Assembly (NCBI RefSeq): GCF_006345805.1
Contig: NC_043014.1
Span: forward strand, 18,910,001-18,974,000
DNA from: Octopus sinensis
Lineage: Eukaryota
Length of the DNA stretch: 64,000 bases
Reading direction: 5' to 3'
In this document: piece by piece, positions 55,268-64,000 of the stretch
Numbering within the stretch: position 1 is the stretch's first letter
Layout: each line of letters opens with the position of its first letter
Made by a program: the position numbers and the translations under genes
The notes under the pieces: model-generated
Told to the model about the DNA's origin: nothing
The model's database searches: none
What the model saw: only the letters and a program-made list of their open reading frames with translations

Positions 55268-56277
55268 GGAATTTGAACTCAGAGTATGAAGACAGACGAA
55301 ATGTCACTGAGCACTTTGCCCGTCGTCCTAACGAATTTTCTAGGACTACATGAAATATTGGAGCTGAATTGCTAACAGTTTAATTAACCCCAGTCATATA
55401 CTTGTTATAAGCCCTATTATGTTTGATTATCATAACGCCCACTTCGGTACACAGTGTACCAATAAAGACATGACTATCTCTTGAGCGCCAACTACATACT
55501 CTTCGATACTGGTCGACGTCACGTTACTTATAGTGATTGTTTCATTCCACTCGTCACGTGGGAGGGCTGTACCATTATTATTAATTCTCCACTGTTTCCC
55601 TGTAGCAACTCATTAACATAATTGTTATAGTTGTTTTAATTACTACAACAGGTCACGTAAACCTATTTCATTAGTTTTGTTGTCTGCCTTTTCATACATA
55701 CATTAACATATTTCAAATTATTATTTCAGCATATTCAAAATTTCAAATATATCATTAATTCAGTTCCTCAGGAAAAGTTATTTAAAGTGTAACTTGACAA
55801 ATATGTTTCATCATATTCAAGATTTCGTTTATGCTTTCGATTTTGTACTACAGTTATATCTATTTAAAATGTAACACACTAAATTCAATTCTTTCACTAT
55901 GTTAAATATTACATTTATATGTCATCGATATGGTTAAGGCAGTTTAAAACTTAACACCTGTAACTATTTCATTACCAGCAGTACTTGGGGAAATTCCACA
56001 GTGATTTAAAAAACCCTATGATGGTTGAAAGTCTATAATTTCTTTAGGAATTGTATTTTATTTAAAATATTCAATTATTTAGAGTGTGTAAAAGTCTTAC
56101 GGCTCAACATTTATGAATGAGTTTTACGGCTCAACATCTATGAATGCTCTATTCCTTGCTCCACACTTATCCCCTTACCTGCTTTGAAAATTATTATCTA
56201 TTATTTTTGAATCTATATTAAGAAGTAAATCTTAAATGTGAAACGAAATTAAAGACATAATCTGTCGATTATATTGG

Positions 56278-56640
56278 TTTAAAATTTGGCTCAAGGACAG
56301 CAACTTCGGAGAAAGGAGTAAGTCTTCGACTGCAGTATTCAAATGGAATATATTGTATCGAATTAGAAGGTATGAGAATCTAAGTAGCCCGCGGCGCAAT
56401 TTGAACTCAGAACATAACGACGGATGAAATGCTGCAAATTATTATGCCAAGCGAGATAACGCTTCTGCCAGCGCACTGCCTTAATCTGCCTATAATATTA
56501 TTCAGCTGCTTTAAGGTGGTGAGTCGGTAGAATCTTTAGCAGGCTAAGCGAAATGGTTAGCTGCATTTCATGCGTCTTTACGTTCTAAATTCCGCTGATA
56601 TTAGCTTTGCCTTTCATTCCTTCGGGGTCGATAAAACAAG
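56278..56640. mobile_element. Two family A SINEs head to head (minus 56278-56483, plus 56513-56640)
   Basis: ATTTGAACTCAGAA...CTGCCAGC on the left; GGTGGTGAGTCGGTAGAATC...GCCTTTCATTCCTTCGGGGTCGATAAAA on the right. Confidence 0.75.
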
Positions 56641-56909
56641 TTTCAAAAATAAGAGCTCGTGAATAACATAGGCGCTTGCTTAAAAGTATGTTCTAAAATT
56701 TCTTTTCTCCGTTCGGCCCCGCTTCGTGTGAGATTCTTCTGCTATAACAACGATTTTATTAAGGGCTTCGATGAAACAGTCAGAAACCCAGATGTAGTAT
56801 AGGAGAGCATGCACACACACACGTATACACACGCACACACACGCACACAAACACACACACACACACACACATACACACGAGCACACACACGCACACACAC
56901 ACACACACA

Positions 56910-56988
<79 letters not shown>

Positions 56989-57691
56989 AGCGCGCGCGTA
57001 CAGTAGTGTGTGTGTGTGTGTGTGTAAGTGTAAGCACGAGGGAGCTTGTGTTTATGTATATCTATCTTGAAGCCAATAATGTTGTCTATGCACCGTAGCT
57101 GTTTGACAAATATATAATAATAAAATACGTACCAAACTTAAAACTAATTACTGAGGTCAATATGATCGATTAATCCTTTGAAAACAGTGCCATAACATAG
57201 CGCCCACACAATAACCGATAGAAACAAAATGAATTATGAATATATATATATATATATGTATTTATCAAACGAAAAACAGGATTTAGCGGTACATATGTTT
57301 CTGGCTTTATTGGACAGTTTATATCAATGCATAGTTGATGTAACATGTATGTCAATAGCCTTCTTCAGCCGCACACAATTACCACACCAAAGACATGTAT
57401 TACATTATAGCAGGTTTGAGAAGTTTGGGAAAAATACGGGTTTCGTTGGGGATGCAAGTCCTCATAGTCGTATACAGCAGAGCGAGACACCAAAACAAAA
57501 CGTCCATATCGTCTTTCACTCGATATAGAATGAGGAGGTTGGATGTTGAGGTAAAGAGGGAAGGAGTGGAAGGGGGTGAATCTTTAATGAGTTTGGAATC
57601 ACGAAGAGGAAAAATAGTAAGTGCAAAATGTAATAAAAGAGTAAAAATGTAAAAAAAGTAATGTAAAATAAAAAGAATAAAAAAAAATAAG

Positions 57692-59352
57692 GGATCTTTT
57701 CAATTCTGAAGCCAGTTTTTTCAAATTTTTCCTACTGAACCAAACAATTTGAAACTTCGTATACTGGTAGAATGTGTCAAAAGTAAACTTAATTGTAAAC
57801 CAGAATGAAAACGGAATTGTAACTTCTAAGTTTAACGTTGTTTAATAATTAGAATTTTAACCAATGATATTCCGTCATTCGGCTTTATTTTATTTACTCC
57901 GTCTCGACCACCAATTTGGTGACGTATTAAACATCTTAAATGTAAACAAAGCATAGGGCAGGGTCCCATTTTAACGATGCCTGTTCATTGAAAGTAACCT
58001 TTGATAGCCTAGTATACTAGAGTAGTAAACATGTAAATGAACACACACACATACACACAAACACATCTTGCGGGCTTCTTCGTAGAATCATTCTCCCAAT
58101 TTGACTCACATGACATTGATCAACCTAAGACTACAGTAAAAGACACTTACCCAATATACCATACAGCACAATTGAACCCAGAAACCCATGGTGTGAAGCA
58201 AATTTTTCAACCATAAAGCTATCCTTTATATATATCTTTATAAAAATTCTTTTGTTTAAAAGAAAAAGATGAAAGCCTTTTAATTTTTTCTTGTTTATTA
58301 TGAAAATGTCCTGCGTAAGTTACCTGGCGTTAATATTGGCTGGGGTTGGAAGTTTCTGGTACAAGAAAATTAAAGGGGATAAGTTCAGCTACGAATATTA
58401 TCTTTGTCACATATTCTACTGGAACTTGTAAATTATAACATGTTTCATGTACTAACAAAATTTGTAAATAATTTCAATATTCATTTCATCCAGTATTGTT
58501 TAAAGCAGTGATTCCCAATGTGGTCCCTGGAACCTACCAGTGGTCCCCAGAGAATTCGTAGCCATAAAAAATTGAAGCCATTTCAGATCTACACAATATT
58601 GTTCGATAATAAAGACACTGTTAGTTAATAATAATTTATATGAAGACAGAATAATAATAAGAAAACAAAATTCAATAACTATTCCATAAGAATCAATGAT
58701 GTATAATATATAATCAATGATATATTACAATCAAGAACTACATAATTTAAATTTTATAATCACAACAGTTTCATAATAAAGTCGATATTTTTAATAGATC
58801 ACTACATAATATTGTTTAATAATAAATTTGATACTTTAAATTTATAGAAATAAAATATTTATTATTTTTATTTTTTTTATGATCAGTTGTAATAATAACT
58901 GAACCAACTGCTAAAAAGGCAAAACTGAAGAAATGCAAAGAAGATTTTATCGTGTTTGGTTTTGTATCTGTAGACTCAAAACCTATGTATCTTGAACCCT
59001 AACCCCAAACACCAGGTGTACGTATTCTTTACTTTCACCTTATATATATATATATATATATCGTCCGTAAACATAAATCCGAAAAAAGGAGAAACGAACG
59101 TTAGTACGTCACAAAAGCGCTTTCTACGTCACACTAAGAGAATGCAGTCAAGTTTTACACATGAAAACAAACAATCTGATTGGTTAAAATTCGCAGTTTT
59201 AATCTACGATTAAAGTCATAAAATAGATTTTTCTCAATTAAACTAGTTCCAACTTGTGTCTTGTTTTGCTAGACTCTATCAGCATACGAAGTTTCAAATT
59301 ATTTAGTTAAGTAGAAAGATCTGTGGTCCTGGCTTCAGAATTGAAAAGATCC
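57692..59352. mobile_element. Merlin-like non-autonomous element carrying nested insertions
   Basis: Perfect 24-bp TIR GGATCTTTTCAATTCTGAAGCCAG, perfect 8-bp TSD AAAATAAG (57684-57691 and 59353-59360), and further subterminal inverted matches (57743-57770 versus 59274-59304). Confidence 0.92.
58506..58995 (+). mobile_element. hAT (Charlie/Buster-like) 5' fragment nested in the Merlin-like element
   Basis: Terminus CAGTGATTCCCAA plus repeated GTGGTCCC. PTAKKAKLKKCKEDFIVFGFVSVDSKPMYL (58904-58993) resembles the start of a Buster/ZBED5-type BED finger. Confidence 0.7.
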
Positions 59353-59697
59353 AAAATAAGTATATAAGTATATAAATAAATAAAGATAAAGAAGCGAAAA
59401 AATAAAAGACGAAAAATAAAAATATAAAGGGATAAAAAAATAAAAAGGTGAACATAAAGATAAAGTGAGGTACAGAAAAAATATATATGCCGGTTAGTGA
59501 AGCTTTAGGATGTATTGGTGGGTGTCATAAATTAAAACTTAATTATCTGGGGAGCAGGCGGGTGGTCAGTTTAAGTTCTCTGCTCCAAGTTGGTGTGTGT
59601 CTAAAAAAGTTATCTACTTTCTCATAAAAAGCGTCTGGGGCCGTATTGTTATCAGTCAACATATACACACATATATGCATGCATATATATAGACACG

Positions 59698-59764
<67 letters not shown>

Positions 59765-60172
59765 CCGTATGAAAGTACCGACAGGGATACACATATACAT
59801 ACTTACCGCTACGCACAGATACCCAAACCCCCACATAACTAAATACATATATATATATATTGATGAAGGGGGATTTTTCCTTGTGTAGTTCTCTTGTACT
59901 CTGATTTTTCGTTGTTAAAGGAATGGTCCGTTCCTTGCAGTTTTTACGTTTTCGTTTCCCGTTGAGTTCTACGTCTATTTGTGGTGTCCTGTACACACGT
60001 ATATATATTTATATATGCATGTATATATATACATGTAGATGTAGGTACGTACATATATGTTTGTATGTATGCATATATTTTATTTATTACACTATTGTAT
60101 GACTGAGCGCCTTCGCGTCGATTCGATTCGATTCGTTTCGTTTCGTTTCGTTTCTTCTTCTCTAAGCTGGTT

Positions 60173-60240
<68 letters not shown>

Positions 60241-60333
60241 TAAATATAAGGGTAGCAAAAAATTCTAGAAAAAATTATCCGCTACCAGCGGTCTAGTGAG
60301 AAAGAAAAGATAGTCAAAGACTATATAATATAC

Positions 60334-60563
60334 ATTCAACAATATAAGGAATGGCCCTGATAGGCCATTCGACTCACTAGAAAGAGCAGCCAAACTCAAA
60401 CGGCTGAATAGTTGTAATTCTGAAATTGAAAGAGAAATAAAAGATGAAAAGGGTAAATGTTTTTATTTCTCTTTCAATTTCAGAATTACAACTATTTAGC
60501 GGTTTGAGTTTGACTGCTCTTTCTAGTGAGTCGAATGGCCTATCAGGGCCATTCCTTATATTG

Positions 60564-60569
<6 letters not shown>
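60334..60569. repeat. Long palindrome (109-bp arms, about 18-nt loop, 3 mismatches)
   Basis: ATTCAACAATATAAGG...GAGAAATAAAA (60334-60442) pairs with TTTTATTTCTC...CCTTATATTGTTGAAT (60461-60569). Confidence 0.95.
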
Positions 60570-61151
<582 letters not shown>

Positions 61152-61178
61152 TATTAGTATGCACACATACATACATGC

Positions 61179-61222
<44 letters not shown>

Positions 61223-61261
61223 TTATATATATGTATATATATATGTATGTGTGTGTATATA

Positions 61262-61463
61262 TTTGTGTGTCTGTGTTTGTCCCCCGCCAACATCGCTTGA
61301 CAGCCGATGGTGGTGTGTTTACCTCCTCGTTACTTAACCGTTCGGCGAAAGTTCAATAGAATAAATACCAGTCTTAAAAAATAAGTCGGTGGACTAAAAG
61401 TTCTGCAAGGCGGTGCCCCAGCATGGTCGTAGTCTACTGACTGAAACATGTAACAGATAAAAG
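61262..61463 (+). mobile_element. Family B SINE, 3' half
   Basis: TGTTTGTCCCCCGCCAACATCGCTTGACAGCCG...GGCGGTGCCCCAGCATGG...GACTGAAAC. Confidence 0.85.
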
Positions 61464-62569
61464 ATATATATATATATATATTTACACGGGTGAGTGGACA
61501 TACGAAACAAAGAAACACTGAATACATTTATTATGTAAAACCGTTTGATTCGGCCCTATGCAACTTGAAGTTTTTATCTCTTGTTAGAGGAGTCTTTGCA
61601 TAACAGATTCCCAAACATAGTAGCAGGAAATAGTAATAGTTTGCCGTGGTTATGATTACAGAAAGGAAGGCTGAAAAGTGAGTCAGAATGTTTGTTAGTA
61701 TTTGTAGGTTATGTAAATCAAAGGAGAAAAGTTTTTACTCGTATAGTTAGTGAATGTATAACGCTGGCACAGAAAGAATACAAGAAAAGACATGACAACC
61801 TAGGGTGAAAAATTCACAGAGATCTATGCAGGAATCTAGGATTTGACCATACTGATAAATTGTATGGACATGACACTAGTAAAGTACAAGAAAGTAAGAA
61901 ATAAAGATGTGGGATTTTAACATTCAAATTATCAGAGTTATAGAAGCTAGAGGCCTCGTTTAGAAGTATTAGACAAAGAGAATAGGAAGTGCCTGATAAT
62001 TGACTTAATAGTCCCAAATGATGAGCAAGTCAATATGAGAGGTATAGAGAAAATAGCAACATATCCGCACCTAAGCATTGAGCTAAATATGCTATTGAAA
62101 TTGCTGGTAAAATGTTTCCCTAATGTTAGAAGCGCATTAGGAACTATTAATAAACATTTGATTAGATAGATAGGGTAAACATTCATAAAAAATCATGTGT
62201 AGCTCCAGAAAACAGAATCATTAAAGACAGCATTTAAGCATACATATTGTAGCCTGATGTTCGTAATTTTTTTCCAGTGGTCTAATCGGAACAATAAAAG
62301 AATTATATTCCTTCGATCAAAAGATACATTTGCCTAGTCCCAGGTGAACTCAAAATTATCAGTTTCCTCATAGTAACTTCATAGCAATTTACATACCTGG
62401 ATACAAATTACATACCCCCATCTTCCACAAATAGATGCGGCATCTATTATATTTGAAGTTGTCTTTTCTTTTTAAGCTTTTCCTCTTTTCTTTTATTAAA
62501 GCCTCTCCTTCAAACACTATACATCGAAATAGACAGGAGTGATCAAGAATAATATAGGCTTAATACTAA

Positions 62570-62733
62570 AGGCACAAGGGCTGAAATTTAGTGATGAGGG
62601 GACTGGTCGATTACATCGGCTCTACTCTCTCACGGTTGCTTAATTTATCAATCCCGAAAGAATGAAAGGCAAAGTCGATATCGATGTTATTTGAACTCAG
62701 AACGGAAAGAGGGACGAAATGCCGCTAATAATG

Positions 62734-62810
<77 letters not shown>
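62570..62810 (-). mobile_element. Family A SINE fragment followed by an (AAT)n tract
   Basis: GGCACAAGG...GAAAGGCAAAGTCGA...TTTGAACTCAGAA, then (AAT)n at 62728-62807. Confidence 0.8.
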
Positions 62811-63656
62811 GTAAGAGTTAATAGATTATGTCGACTCTAATAAGCGACTGATATAATATTTTATTGACCTACTACTTATAAATGGCAAAGTCGACTTGGT
62901 ATAGACTTGAACTCATTTCATAAAGGATTATAACTAAATAGCGGAACAATGTTTGGATTTGTTTTGTTTTTGTCTTTATCTCTTCCAGGCTGGCGCTCTG
63001 GTGATTAGGCCAATCGAGCACCTCGTTATCGAAAGAAAAATAAAACACTTCCAAATGATTGTAAAATATAATGTACAAGTTGTCAGGCAGAAAAGAAATA
63101 AAATAAACACAGAATCAGCAGGAAACAGTTCAACCAGTGAGAACCAGTTTATTAATTAAAAAGAAAGAAAAAGAATCAAAACCAAAAAAAAAAACCTAAG
63201 AAATGAATAGAATTTAGTAAAAAAGAAAAAAACAATCAAAAAGAAAGGGAAGCAAAGAAAATTATTTTCACGCTGTATTTGTAGGCTGATGAATAATTAA
63301 TCTTTGATAAAATAGGCTTTGACAATATGAAATATCATCACAAAGATGGCAGAATCATCATCTCCGTATTGAAGTGATCATGTGAGAACTGCAGAAACAA
63401 CAACAAAAAACAACAAAAGAAAAATCAAAAGTTGTTGAACAAATAGAAGTTAATAAGTAATAATACACACACACACACACACACACACTTCTAATTGAAT
63501 TCTTCGAAAGTTCACGCCTACGTAGATGTATATAACTATAAAACTATATATGTACATATATAGATGGCTAAATAGATATAAACAAGCGTATATATATGTA
63601 TGTATGAATGTATGTATGTATGTATGTATGTATGTATGTATGTATGTATCTTTCTT

Positions 63657-63697
<41 letters not shown>

Positions 63698-63740
63698 ACA
63701 TATATATAACTGTGTGTGTATATATTTATGCTTATTTGTA

Positions 63741-63810
<70 letters not shown>

Positions 63811-64000
63811 AAAAGAAAGAGTATGATGTCTATATACTATTTTATTTTCCAAGTGTGTTCGTGTTAATGAGAAAAATAAGAAAAAACTCTTTTTTTTCAA
63901 CTATTTGTCAATTTTATTGCATCAATTACGTCAAGCTAGATTTAAAATAAGGAGTAAATGTAGTATAAGGAGGAGAAAGAATGGGGCAGAAGGTGGAGAA

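Overview
AT-rich, repeat-saturated eukaryotic DNA with no supportable host protein-coding exon, rRNA, genuine tRNA gene or CRISPR array. It reads as a large intron or intergenic region. The SINE families and microsatellite load best fit an octopus (coleoid cephalopod) genome; this is inferred from recalled repeat families, not from a database search. Recognisable content: a decayed CR1/L2-group LINE (about 1-5 kb, minus strand); five Tc1/mariner elements from three catalytic-spacing classes (DD34D, DD37D, DD41D); two Merlin-like GGATCTTTT-ended elements with 8-bp TSDs and telomere-like repeats; R4/Dong-type LINE fragments; a hAT fragment; a Helentron/HINE-like element; and many copies of two or three tRNA-derived SINE families. 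Almost all ORFs in the supplied track are microsatellite artefacts. The most interesting signals are structural: a near-canonical minimal hammerhead ribozyme (47396-47443), long fold-back palindromes sitting in (TA)n tracts (one turns around at a hammerhead half-site), a 557-bp non-coding element inserted in (AAT)n, a same-orientation SINE pile-up, and templated-insertion scars.
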